Positions 8,337-18,252 of a stretch of 64,000 bases of DNA are shown here, in pieces. The stretch's first letter is position 1. Each line of letters begins with the position of its first letter. The translations under genes and the position numbers were made by a program. The notes beneath the pieces are model-generated. The model was not told the DNA's origin. It saw only the letters and a list, made by a program, of their open reading frames with translations, and made no database searches. Origin of the DNA: a virus; IMG/VR virus record IMGVR_UViG_3300040801_005040, positions 1 through 64,000 of that record; one strand, given 5' to 3'.

Positions 8337-11300
8337 TTAATTTGCTCTTCAAGTTGCTTAGCTCTTTTTTCAAGCTCTTGTTGCTTTAGGAACCTGGAAG
8401 TACCATCTTCAAAGTTAAGTAACTCTTCCTTAGTGAGAAAATTAAAGTTAATGGTTGGCTTGTTAACCAGTTCACTTAATACTGGTTCAACAGTCTCTTC
8501 TATAATGATAGGTTGGTTAAGTTTAGAAACTCCAAAATAATCATGGAGTGCCCTCATCTTAAGCCCTGCTATTTGAGAAAGAATGTGATTGGTTGAATGT
8601 ACAGCAACCTGACCAACTCCTGCCTTACCAGAAAGGAATTCAATCATTTTGTCAATGTTCTTGCTTGGCAGGAATATGTCAGACCAATTTTCTTCTACCT
8701 CATCTCCCCGAAGTTCCCTGATTTCTTCTACAATAGATTTAATGTTTTCAGTGCCAAGCGGAGTAAGAAGCTGTTTCCAGTTTGAAGGATGCAATGTAAG
8801 GGCAATTTCATTTTCAAGGGCTTTGTTCTGAAGCTGTGCATCAGAAAGTTTTGAAATTTCACCTTTAGGGGTTATATAATCCGTTTCAATTGACTTTTTT
8901 AGTGATCCAAGAATTTCTTTGTACTGTCTATTATATATTTCCCTGTTCCTATCATTTATCAGGCTTTCTGGTTCTACTTGCAGAATTCCTTCTACAAACC
9001 ATTTTTTCAATGTTTCAATATCTTGCTCAGCATAATTCTCGCCAATCCCTTCTGCTTTAAGTGCACGTATGATTGGACCAGGATTATCTTTAAAAATAGC
9101 ATTCGTAAACTTAAAAGCTTCTTTACTTGACGGGAGGATTACAGGGGTGTATGTATTTAATTTATCAATATCAAAGTCAGATCCTGTCTTTACTACAAGA
9201 GCTTTAGGTACTATAACCATACTACCCATATAAGGAGGATAGAAAGCTTTTACCTTACCAACGTCAGAAGAAGAAGATTCAGAGTTAGGAATACGAAAAC
9301 CTACAAAAAGGGTCATTTTTGTAAGATTGGTTTCTACTCCAGTCTGCTCATATCTTTTGTTATCTTCAGCAATACGTTCATTGAAAGCATCAAGTGCAGC
9401 TTTAGTAACCCCTTTTCCATTGTTGTACGTTACACTTACATAATCCATAAGTGATTTAGGCAAAGGAGAATAAACCTCCATTGGAAGCATTCTTGACTTA
9501 TCTATTTTTCCATTTTTATCTCTGGCATAACGATAAAATTTAAGGTCATGGCGAGAGACCCCACCAGGCATTTCAAACCCTGTATTAGACATCTGAGCAA
9601 GAGAAACCCCATGTCTTTTTTGACGAATTACACCATTGCGCATTTTCGCCATTATAAATTGCTCTACCCTTGCTTTGTTGGGAAGTGCATCGAGATAAGG
9701 AATATCTTCTTCTATGAGAAGTTTCAAGGCAAGCAATTCATTTGAAGTGAATCCCTGAAGTTTTGCCATGGAACTAATACTCTCAATGAAAGTTTTTACC
9801 CTTTGATCTCTGTTTTTTTCATTAAATCCAAGTTTGTTTTTAAGTTTAGCATAAGCCCTGCGAATTTTTTCTTTCTGAATCTCTTGATATTCATCAATAA
9901 TAGTTTTTGCAGAAGGATCTTTCAGCACTCCATTCTCATAGTAATTGGAGAGATTTAACTTTCTTTTCTGTGTAGATTCAGTTTCTTCATTCTTAAGCTC
10001 TTTACGAATCTTTAGTTGATTTCCAATATCCTTATAGTGTATTTCGTCAACACTTTCAGAGGTTATTTTAAGTTCATTTAAAGAGTGAAGGGGTTTTCCT
10101 TTTGCATCTGCTTTATGTCCAAACTTAGCAGCTGATTCAAAAAATGCCATTCCAACTCCATTAGATAGCATTTCTCGGTTCAAATTATCCAGAACAGAAC
10201 CTTCTTTAAACAACCCAGGAATAAGAGGCATGAATGCAAACTTTCTACCACCTATGACATTAACCAAAGGAAGTTCAAGCTTACCTACATACTGCGATTT
10301 ATCAGGGATGATTCTATTCAGATATTTTTCTTCAATTATAAAGTCTTTCCCAGATGTTACTTTTTGGTAAATCTCTTCATCTATAGGCTCCCATTCTGAG
10401 TATCGAATTTTCATAATTCGATATTCATCGTATGTAATTAATGCAAAACCATCAGCTTCATTTATTTCTGAGTAAAGTTTTGTATCACCTAATTGATCTT
10501 TTATAAGCGACACTTCTTCTTCACTGAAATCATTGATGTCACTGATAATGTCCTGTAACGTAATTGTTTTAATTACAGGGCTTGACATGTCTCTGGAATA
10601 CCCATATTTCTTTTCAAGATTGCTTTCCAAAGTTCCAAGAAACTCATTTATTTCATTATCTGTACGAGTTGCTTCCTTAGTGGAATTCAACATACTCATA
10701 CGCTTAAAGAAATTAGCAGGCTTGCCGTACAAAAGAGGGTCTCCAGTAAAGAGTTTGGTTATTTCAATATTTCCTATGTAAGCATTGATAGCATAGTTGG
10801 CAACTACATTTTCAAAGCTTCCATACAATTTAGTAAGACTTTCAACATCTGACTTTTGAATTTTTTGTTTGGAAATATATTCTTTTTCCGTTTCGATTAT
10901 TTCGTTTATCTTTTTGTCAAGAAACTTATCTACAGTTGGATTATCTTTTAATTGCTCAATTGTCATTTGAGAAAGATCCTTTGTAGAAAGTAGATTAGTG
11001 CCATCTTTAAGTGTAAATACCCTTGTTGCATTTGGAGATAGATATAGATTCTTTATTCCTGATAATGGATAAAGTTCATTAGCATCTAACTCAGCCCTTA
11101 AATGACTAAGTAAATAAAGTTTGGCGTTTGCGAAGTTTTTTTCATCGAAATCTATATTGGCAAACAATCCCCTTTTGTTGGTTCTTCCTTCTATTGAAAA
11201 AACATTTTCAATTTTTCTATCTGCTGCCCTTAAGAAATGATATTTTCCTTCCTGTAACGTATGATATATACGTTGAATAGTAAGGTCTTTTCTGTTTAAG

Positions 11301-12952
11301 TCTGATGTTTCACTTGAATTTCCACTATCGGAATTTTTCATTCCAGATGCTATTTCAATTACAAGTTTTTCTCCTTCAATAATATAACTTACAAGTGTGG
11401 AGCTTGCTGTATAAGGATCACTTTCAAATTCCGGGAATTCTTCAAGTAGCGCTTTTTTATTATCTGAAAGACTATTAATCCTTTTTACTTTATTTGAAAG
11501 ATATGTGTTTAAGCTTATTCCATATACCAGCTTGTTATTTATATTGTAATGCTGAAGTTCTATTGTATTTGGATCATTTAAAACATAATGAGATGCAAGT
11601 TTAAGTAGACGTGCCCTTACATCAAACTTACCTGTTTTTCTGGAATAAATGGATTTTAATTCTTCTAAATTCGGAATTCCCCTTTTTTGTATTTCTTCTA
11701 CAATTTCATCTGGGAAAACAGCATAATTTTTTACATCAATGCCTATTGCTTTTAGGAAAGCTGCTTTAGATAATTTTCTTATCTGTTCTGCAGTATAAGG
11801 CAATCCTTTTAATTTTAACAATCCAAAATTAGCCTCCCATTCTGCCAGCTTTACGTTAGATGCTTTATCAAGATTTTCATTGATTATCTTCCAAACCCCA
11901 TCTTCTTTTACATCAAGGGTATATTCATATTCTGTTTTGTCAAACTGATTTACAAAAAGACTGCGAAGCCTTTGTTCCTTTACTGCAATTTCAGGGTTTG
12001 TATCATAAGCAAATACTTTTTTTCCAAAATTTAACTGGTCAATCAGTTGAGCCATGTGAGGAAATGCCGCTTCTTTTTGTTGAAGCAATAGTGTATACAA
12101 ATCAATATCCCCGGGATATTTTGCCAGTGTTTGATGTATCATATTAAATGTTTTATGATAATCAACAAGCTTTGGAAACCCTAATTGATTTACTTCACCC
12201 GGCACTTTTAATGATGCTATCATCATCTTAATTGCCTTAGGTGCATTGTCAATACTGCTAAATTCATTTGCTGATTTATTAAATGCAGTATCTTTTGTAG
12301 CTTTTTCCTCTACTTCTTCAAGACTTTCATTAAGCATGCTTTCACCATCTTCAATAGAATCAAAAGTGAGATTCATTGTTGATTTCAAGTGAATGTTATA
12401 TGCTTCTATAAAAAACTCTTCGTTGTTTCGTATCTCAGACAGAATATCCATTGCACGACCTGAAAAGCTAGTTTCTCCATATTTATCAATATCTTCCAGA
12501 ATAGTTTTTTCCAGGAAGTTTGTCATCTTTTTAAAGATGTTATTGGTAATATTAGAGAGCTGTGCAGTTCCATCCTGAATATCAACAAAGGACATTCCTT
12601 TTTTCTCAGCAAGTACCTCAGGAAAAAATCCCGTCATACCCTGAGCAATTGAGGTAAACTCATTTGCAGTTAGCTCAATCTTATTTGTTATAAAGGTTTT
12701 TTGAGTTTCAACACGATTTAAAATGTGTTTTCTCCATGCCAGATACTCATCAATTACAGGCTCTCCCTGATGAGTTTTTTCAAAATCCCTACCAGAAAGC
12801 CAATTAGGAAATGAATCTTTACTAAAACCTTCTCCTTTTATAACAGTATCGTATATATAATCAGCCTTTTGCTTATACTTTTTTTGAAGGTCTTTATAAA
12901 GAACACTGTCTTCTTTACTTACACTTGTATCAAATAAATTTGCACAATTCAT
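8318..12952 (-). CDS. virion-packaged RNA polymerase, N-terminal catalytic part (double-psi beta-barrel, phi14:2 gp66-like)
   Basis: GSDFDIDK at 9161-9184; also FTGDP..Y....FFKR, NEADG, FESAAKFG, TQKRKL, GFRIP and GKAGVGQVA...NH; lies downstream of the muzzle and cargo genes. Confidence 0.93.
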   Translation of the reverse strand: MNCANLFDTSVSKEDSVLYKDLQKKYKQKADYIYDTVIKGEGFSKDSFPNWLSGRDFEKTHQGEPVIDEYLAWRKHILNRVETQKTFITNKIELTANEFTSIAQGMTGFFPEVLAEKKGMSFVDIQDGTAQLSNITNNIFKKMTNFLEKTILEDIDKYGETSFSGRAMDILSEIRNNEEFFIEAYNIHLKSTMNLTFDSIEDGESMLNESLEEVEEKATKDTAFNKSANEFSSIDNAPKAIKMMIASLKVPGEVNQLGFPKLVDYHKTFNMIHQTLAKYPGDIDLYTLLLQQKEAAFPHMAQLIDQLNFGKKVFAYDTNPEIAVKEQRLRSLFVNQFDKTEYEYTLDVKEDGVWKIINENLDKASNVKLAEWEANFGLLKLKGLPYTAEQIRKLSKAAFLKAIGIDVKNYAVFPDEIVEEIQKRGIPNLEELKSIYSRKTGKFDVRARLLKLASHYVLNDPNTIELQHYNINNKLVYGISLNTYLSNKVKRINSLSDNKKALLEEFPEFESDPYTASSTLVSYIIEGEKLVIEIASGMKNSDSGNSSETSDLNRKDLTIQRIYHTLQEGKYHFLRAADRKIENVFSIEGRTNKRGLFANIDFDEKNFANAKLYLLSHLRAELDANELYPLSGIKNLYLSPNATRVFTLKDGTNLLSTKDLSQMTIEQLKDNPTVDKFLDKKINEIIETEKEYISKQKIQKSDVESLTKLYGSFENVVANYAINAYIGNIEITKLFTGDPLLYGKPANFFKRMSMLNSTKEATRTDNEINEFLGTLESNLEKKYGYSRDMSSPVIKTITLQDIISDINDFSEEEVSLIKDQLGDTKLYSEINEADGFALITYDEYRIMKIRYSEWEPIDEEIYQKVTSGKDFIIEEKYLNRIIPDKSQYVGKLELPLVNVIGGRKFAFMPLIPGLFKEGSVLDNLNREMLSNGVGMAFFESAAKFGHKADAKGKPLHSLNELKITSESVDEIHYKDIGNQLKIRKELKNEETESTQKRKLNLSNYYENGVLKDPSAKTIIDEYQEIQKEKIRRAYAKLKNKLGFNEKNRDQRVKTFIESISSMAKLQGFTSNELLALKLLIEEDIPYLDALPNKARVEQFIMAKMRNGVIRQKRHGVSLAQMSNTGFEMPGGVSRHDLKFYRYARDKNGKIDKSRMLPMEVYSPLPKSLMDYVSVTYNNGKGVTKAALDAFNERIAEDNKRYEQTGVETNLTKMTLFVGFRIPNSESSSSDVGKVKAFYPPYMGSMVIVPKALVVKTGSDFDIDKLNTYTPVILPSSKEAFKFTNAIFKDNPGPIIRALKAEGIGENYAEQDIETLKKWFVEGILQVEPESLINDRNREIYNRQYKEILGSLKKSIETDYITPKGEISKLSDAQLQNKALENEIALTLHPSNWKQLLTPLGTENIKSIVEEIRELRGDEVEENWSDIFLPSKNIDKMIEFLSGKAGVGQVAVHSTNHILSQIAGLKMRALHDYFGVSKLNQPIIIEETVEPVLSELVNKPTINFNFLTKEELLNFEDGTSRFLKQQELEKRAKQLEEQIKCIWKS

Positions 12953-15900
12953 TATCTTCCTAATTTTCGTTTAGTACTGAACATAGGGCCAGCACACTGT
13001 TGTTGTTCTTCAGTAGGTTGTTGAGCAGGTTGTTCACTAGTGGTTACAGCGCTTTCTGCTAAAGCTGCTTTCATTTCATCAGATATTGCATCAAGATCAT
13101 CTGACTTTTTAGCATAAGCTGCAAGTGAAGGAGCTGCATCCTCTACACTTTTTGGTTTCTCAGCTTGTGTTTTCTTTGCAAAAGTAGCAAGGCTTAATCC
13201 TGCATTTGGCGCAGGACGAGAAGCTGTAGGTTCTTTTTCTGTTTGTACTGGCTTAGGAGGAGTTGGACCATCTAACCTTTTTCCAAATTCTGCATATTGG
13301 TTTACAAACTGAGGGAGCCTTTGGTTTTCTGAGGGAGGTTTAACCTCAGTGTAAAGATATTTATCAATTACATATTCTTGATAATTAGGCACCATTTTAT
13401 ATTCCACTACAGGAGAATTAAGGGTTTTATCAAAATACCATCCCGTAGGAACAGGCATTTTATCTGTCATTCTGCTACCCCTGTCTATAACGTTAAGATA
13501 CTTATAATTTAGGAAATTTACGAGGCTTGCCAAAGTAGGATCATTGGAAGTTTTGACTCCTCCTTTTTCATTAAATAATGCATTTACGGGAAAGTCAGTT
13601 ACAATTGGATCACCTTTAGCATTTAAGCCTTGCGTAAAGCGTATGAACTTTTCTTTTGTCTTACGGCTTGTCCACAGGGATATATTCCATGCTTTGTTTG
13701 CCTCTTTTGTATTCCAGCTAATAAAATGATCTAAGATACCCGGATCTCCTTTATGTCCAAATAGAGGTATAGTATATTTAACTTTACCATCTTTCCCGGG
13801 TTTCATTGGAAAATCAATATTGTAATTGGGCCCAATGTACTTTGCCATCGCCAGGAAGGAAATGATAGTGTTGAGCATCTTAGTCCTTTCCCCTTGAGTT
13901 AAAGAGCCGATTGTTCTATTGAGTACCCTTTGAAGCTGTCCATTTTCAAGTTCAGCATATACCTTACCATCTTCAAGACCAATTATTTTTTTTCCAATCC
14001 TTTTACTGGTATCAGCAATTACAAGATTTTTAACGTTAAACACTGAAGTTATCTTATTTTTACTATCTCCTATGTTTTCAGCAGGAACAAATCCCCTTGA
14101 CACATGGTCTACACCAAAATATATTTGCTCTCCCCTGTTTGCTGCACTTAACAAAGAATCTCTCCAGTCAGTATAATCCCTTTCAATTTTATTTATGACT
14201 GCTTCTCTGGCATCTTCATATGATGTATAAGAAGCATTATCAAGAACATAAGGTTTTTCAGCAGAAATGCTTTTCCTTCTTTTTTCCAGAAGGATCATGT
14301 TCTCATTATCACTTAATCTTAATGTTTGCGTACCATCTGCTCTAAAATAGGTTTCTGGTTTTGCAACACCTGCAAATACAGGTTCCCCATTTTCACCAGT
14401 TACAACCTCTCCATTTTTATATAAGATTGTATAGAGTGCATCTGTGTCTTCTACTGGAGGCACTACATTGAATGCACTTAATTGCTGGTTATTAACTACA
14501 CGAAGGGAATAATTAGACAGCTCGCTAAGATTGATATTCATCATTGCTTTGCTCCACTGTACTGCTTGCGCTAATTTTTTTGGATTAGGTTGGACATCCT
14601 TCATTGTAGCATCAGTATACACATTTGTAATGGTAGACTGAGGGTTTGCTTTAAGTGGCCCAGAACCTATTGGGGAAATGGAACTAGTTCCATCTTGTTC
14701 TATCCTTCTTTTTTCTGCCCTGTTTTGTTTTTTGGGAAAAGACACTAATTCTCCTAAACGCTCTTTTCTTTCAATAAGACGTTGCTTTCCAATTATATAT
14801 TGAAGAGTTTCCTTTTCTATTATATAATCGTTGATTTTCTGACGCTTTTTATTAAGCTCTTTAAGCCTCTTGGAAACAGCTAAGAATTCTTGTCTGTACT
14901 CAATCAAATCAGCTGCAATTGGATTCATTGCATCTGTAAGAGTACGCAGAAAATCTCCACGTATTTCAGGATCAAACATTAAAATACTTAAGTCTGCAAG
15001 ATCCAACAGGTTTTTTACATAACCTCTTGGAAAGCTATCTCTTGTAAAATCTGCAAGTTCAGGATAGTTTTCAAGGATAAATGGCCTGTTGGCTTGTATA
15101 AACTTGAGGATTCTCTCAATATCCCCGTTTCTAATAGCATCCTTAAATTCAAATCTTTGCTCAAGCATTTCGCTTAGCTGATTGATAATATCTTGAAGGT
15201 CTTCCTGCTGTTGCTCAAGCTCGGCTATTTGAAGCACTGTACTTTTTTGTAAAGCATCAAGGTTTTCAAACTTTATGGGGAACTCCCCATCCTTCATTTC
15301 TTGCTCAAGTGCTTTTAAACGAAGGGTAAAGATTTGTTGGTAGCCTTCTTCAATTCCCTGTAAAAGTTCAGCTTGTATGTCAATAAGCAATTGAATGCTC
15401 TGCTCAATCCTTTCAAGCTCAAGATATCTGCTTTCAAGATCATTTGCTATTTTGGCTCTTTCTTCCTCAAGGACTGCAAGATCACGCACTATGCTTGATA
15501 CAGGAATTTCATCCTGTGTTAGCCAATACTGAATCTCTGCCTCAACCTGACGCATTTTTTCAGCCCTTTCAGACATTTCCTCTTCAAGCCTTTCTCTTTT
15601 ACCTTGATAGAGGAGCTGCATTTCCAGGATTCTCTCTTCGTATTGCCTTGCTCTTTCTTCTGCGCGATTTATTTTACGCCAATTCTTATATTCTTTGGCA
15701 GACAGTATTGAGTTTTCATCTAGCCCTCTGGATTTAAGTTCTTCCAGAGTAAGATCTACGGCATTTTCAAAATCATATTGTCCTTGCTCAGTCATTGGGA
15801 TAATCATATACTTTTGATTATCCTCCTGGTCAGCTACTTTTTTGATAGCATACTTGTTACCATCTTTATCTTGCAAGGCAACTCCAACATCCTCCATCCC

Positions 15901-18246
15901 ATTAAGAACTGCACCTTTGGTTTCTCCATAACCATTTTGCATGAGATTTTGAATAAGCCTTTCTTTGAATTCTTTGGTGTTCTTTACTTCCTCTTCAAAT
16001 TTTTGCTGGGTTTCTTTTTTATCCTCAGCTTTTTTGATAAAGAATTCAAGTGCTTTTTGCTGTTCTTTCTTATTGAAAAGAGCTTTGTAATTTTCATCAA
16101 GGGTTTTAAGGTTCTTTTCAATAGTTGCAATCTGCTGCTGGTAGTTTTTCCAGAGTTGTGTTTGACGGGTAGCATCAGGAAGGGCACTAAGCTTCTCTTC
16201 CATTGTAGCATCTTCCTTAGGTTCTTTTACCTTTTCCCTGTATGCATTTTCTGCTGCAGCTTCAATTGCCTGTACCTTTTCTCTGGTGCTGGAAAACTCA
16301 GCTTTGTTTAAGTCAATAAGGGAGGCCCACAAAGCTCCCTGAGCTTCCATTTGGTTATAGAAGTTTTCAAGCCCTTGCTGTTGCTCCTGGCGAGTTAGGT
16401 TCTCACTTACTTTGGCAATATCAAGCCCAAAGTAACGAGGGCCTGTTTCCTTTATGACATCATAGTTCTTTTTGGCAGCTTCAGCTACTTTTTTAATATG
16501 ATCCACATACTCTTCCTTGCTTTTGAAACCCATTAACTTACTGTCAGACTCAAGGACTTCTGAAAGCTGTGCTATATGTTGAGTAAGTATTTGCTCTCCC
16601 CCTTCAATTTGAAAGAAAGGGAGGGATTTCTCAATAAGAAGATGGTTGAGAATAGACTTTGCAGCAAGAGTATCCCCATGTTGTTTTGCATGAGCCAAAA
16701 GATATTCCGTACTGGCATCTTTCATTTGACTGAGAAGCTCATTTTGAATTTTCTCAGTATCTAATACAAAATCTTCCCCTATTTTTTTAAGAGTACCATC
16801 TTCATTTTTAGCATAATAGGATTCTACCTTATTCTTTAAGTCAATAAGGTTTGTCTCCATTAACTCCGTAAGCTTGGAAGCTTGTGCTATTTGAGCACGT
16901 CTGGAGTCAAATCCATTTTTAAGACCTGGACCAAGGCCAAGTAAAGCACCAAGAAATATAGATTTTTGCCCTTCTACTGTTGTAAAAGCATCTATATAAC
17001 CATCAATCATGCCATCAAAAAGATTCTTGTCAGTTTGCATACGGCTTTGGGCTTTACCGTATTCTTGGATGGCAAACTGGGATGCTTCTTGCCAACCTTC
17101 TGCTGCAGAACCTTTGGCTCCTTCTTTTAATACTTGTCCCAAAAGTGCTTTTCTCGTACTGGCTTTTTGTATGCCATCACGCATTGATTGAAAAGCTTCC
17201 TGGTATCCTTTGCCTTTAACAGCAGTATTTACGCCAAGTTCATCAAATATGTTTTTGCTTTTTCCTGATAAACCAAGAATTGCTTTTCCAGTAATAAGGT
17301 TAGGACCAAAAGTAAACAGCATGTTCATGGTCATGGATTGAATACCTAAATTCCTACGCTGTTCTGCTACTTCTTCTGGGGTATAAGGAGTTGTGGTTCC
17401 ATCTTCATTCTGAACAAGATATGTTCCGTCAGGCTGTTGATACTGTTCCCAATACTGGTCAAATTCTCTTATAGCACCATCTGTTTCAGCTGCAGATTCT
17501 ACAAAAGATTGTGCAAAAGCTACAGTACCAAGTCTGTTTGCCCCTTCTAATTTAGCAAGTTTTGCAAATCCTGCTGCTTTAGCAAGCCCTCCCAAACTTT
17601 TTGTTGCTGCTCCTGCAACTCCTCCAGTAAGCATTGAACTTGCTAAAAAGCCAATTCCATCTGCAAGTTCTCCTCCAACAAATTCAGGACTCCAGATTTG
17701 CCTCCAAAAACCTCCGTTTTCTATTTCTCGTCTTACATATACAGGAATTGCCTCTTTAATTCCTTCATCAATGTTATTAAGCTCATTGACAAACATATTG
17801 TCAACCACTGCATTAAGATCTCCTTCTGCAATTGCAAGAGGAACTGCAGATACATATCCAATACCTTTTATGAATTCAAGCCCTGTTTTTGCAATTACTC
17901 TAGGGATAAAAGCTCCTGCTTTTAAATATCCTGGTTGATTTTGAGCTCTTTGTTCACGGAGCTCTGAATCTCTAATTTGTTGCTGAGACTCAAAAGGAAG
18001 ATCATAATAATCTGCTGGTAATTCTAAGACACTTTCATCAAAAATACTTTCTCCTAATCCAGGAGAGCCTCCTTGAGGAACAGTATATTTTTCAGGTACG
18101 ACAGGTCTATTATCCTTTCTTTCAAAAAGAATTTTACTTTTTTTGGGAGGATCAGGAAGTAAACTTTGTTTTTCAATGCTTCCAGACTCTTTGATATCAT
18201 CTAATTTTCCCTGATAATTATCTCTTTCTGTTAATATTTTAGCCAT
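12952..18246 (-). CDS. giant cargo/ejection protein (vRNAP-locus protein)
   Basis: 1764 aa; N-terminal Gly/Ala hydrophobic helices, ESAAE and AEGWQEASQ motifs, long coiled coils; syntenic with crAss giant cargo genes. Confidence 0.8.
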   Translation of the reverse strand: MAKILTERDNYQGKLDDIKESGSIEKQSLLPDPPKKSKILFERKDNRPVVPEKYTVPQGGSPGLGESIFDESVLELPADYYDLPFESQQQIRDSELREQRAQNQPGYLKAGAFIPRVIAKTGLEFIKGIGYVSAVPLAIAEGDLNAVVDNMFVNELNNIDEGIKEAIPVYVRREIENGGFWRQIWSPEFVGGELADGIGFLASSMLTGGVAGAATKSLGGLAKAAGFAKLAKLEGANRLGTVAFAQSFVESAAETDGAIREFDQYWEQYQQPDGTYLVQNEDGTTTPYTPEEVAEQRRNLGIQSMTMNMLFTFGPNLITGKAILGLSGKSKNIFDELGVNTAVKGKGYQEAFQSMRDGIQKASTRKALLGQVLKEGAKGSAAEGWQEASQFAIQEYGKAQSRMQTDKNLFDGMIDGYIDAFTTVEGQKSIFLGALLGLGPGLKNGFDSRRAQIAQASKLTELMETNLIDLKNKVESYYAKNEDGTLKKIGEDFVLDTEKIQNELLSQMKDASTEYLLAHAKQHGDTLAAKSILNHLLIEKSLPFFQIEGGEQILTQHIAQLSEVLESDSKLMGFKSKEEYVDHIKKVAEAAKKNYDVIKETGPRYFGLDIAKVSENLTRQEQQQGLENFYNQMEAQGALWASLIDLNKAEFSSTREKVQAIEAAAENAYREKVKEPKEDATMEEKLSALPDATRQTQLWKNYQQQIATIEKNLKTLDENYKALFNKKEQQKALEFFIKKAEDKKETQQKFEEEVKNTKEFKERLIQNLMQNGYGETKGAVLNGMEDVGVALQDKDGNKYAIKKVADQEDNQKYMIIPMTEQGQYDFENAVDLTLEELKSRGLDENSILSAKEYKNWRKINRAEERARQYEERILEMQLLYQGKRERLEEEMSERAEKMRQVEAEIQYWLTQDEIPVSSIVRDLAVLEEERAKIANDLESRYLELERIEQSIQLLIDIQAELLQGIEEGYQQIFTLRLKALEQEMKDGEFPIKFENLDALQKSTVLQIAELEQQQEDLQDIINQLSEMLEQRFEFKDAIRNGDIERILKFIQANRPFILENYPELADFTRDSFPRGYVKNLLDLADLSILMFDPEIRGDFLRTLTDAMNPIAADLIEYRQEFLAVSKRLKELNKKRQKINDYIIEKETLQYIIGKQRLIERKERLGELVSFPKKQNRAEKRRIEQDGTSSISPIGSGPLKANPQSTITNVYTDATMKDVQPNPKKLAQAVQWSKAMMNINLSELSNYSLRVVNNQQLSAFNVVPPVEDTDALYTILYKNGEVVTGENGEPVFAGVAKPETYFRADGTQTLRLSDNENMILLEKRRKSISAEKPYVLDNASYTSYEDAREAVINKIERDYTDWRDSLLSAANRGEQIYFGVDHVSRGFVPAENIGDSKNKITSVFNVKNLVIADTSKRIGKKIIGLEDGKVYAELENGQLQRVLNRTIGSLTQGERTKMLNTIISFLAMAKYIGPNYNIDFPMKPGKDGKVKYTIPLFGHKGDPGILDHFISWNTKEANKAWNISLWTSRKTKEKFIRFTQGLNAKGDPIVTDFPVNALFNEKGGVKTSNDPTLASLVNFLNYKYLNVIDRGSRMTDKMPVPTGWYFDKTLNSPVVEYKMVPNYQEYVIDKYLYTEVKPPSENQRLPQFVNQYAEFGKRLDGPTPPKPVQTEKEPTASRPAPNAGLSLATFAKKTQAEKPKSVEDAAPSLAAYAKKSDDLDAISDEMKAALAESAVTTSEQPAQQPTEEQQQCAGPMFSTKRKLGR

Positions 18247-18252
18247 CAGGTA

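Larger units (their letters stand above)
1551..8526. mobile_element. ~7 kb foreign gene cassette inserted in the vRNAP gene (boundaries approximate; no integrase or transposase inside)
   Basis: Seven genes unrelated to the crAss core separate two consecutive RNAP motifs; GTTTAG occurs at 1551-1556 and 8521-8526 in the same codon phase. Confidence 0.65.

Noticed and set aside
1551-8526. Group I/II intron, split intein or ribosomal bypass as the way to rejoin the RNAP
   Set aside because: No intron core, maturase or homing endonuclease is recognisable, and there are no intein Cys...His-Asn ends. The insert is fully protein-coding, 7 kb long and contains a sense-strand terminator. Only RT-PCR could fully exclude splicing.
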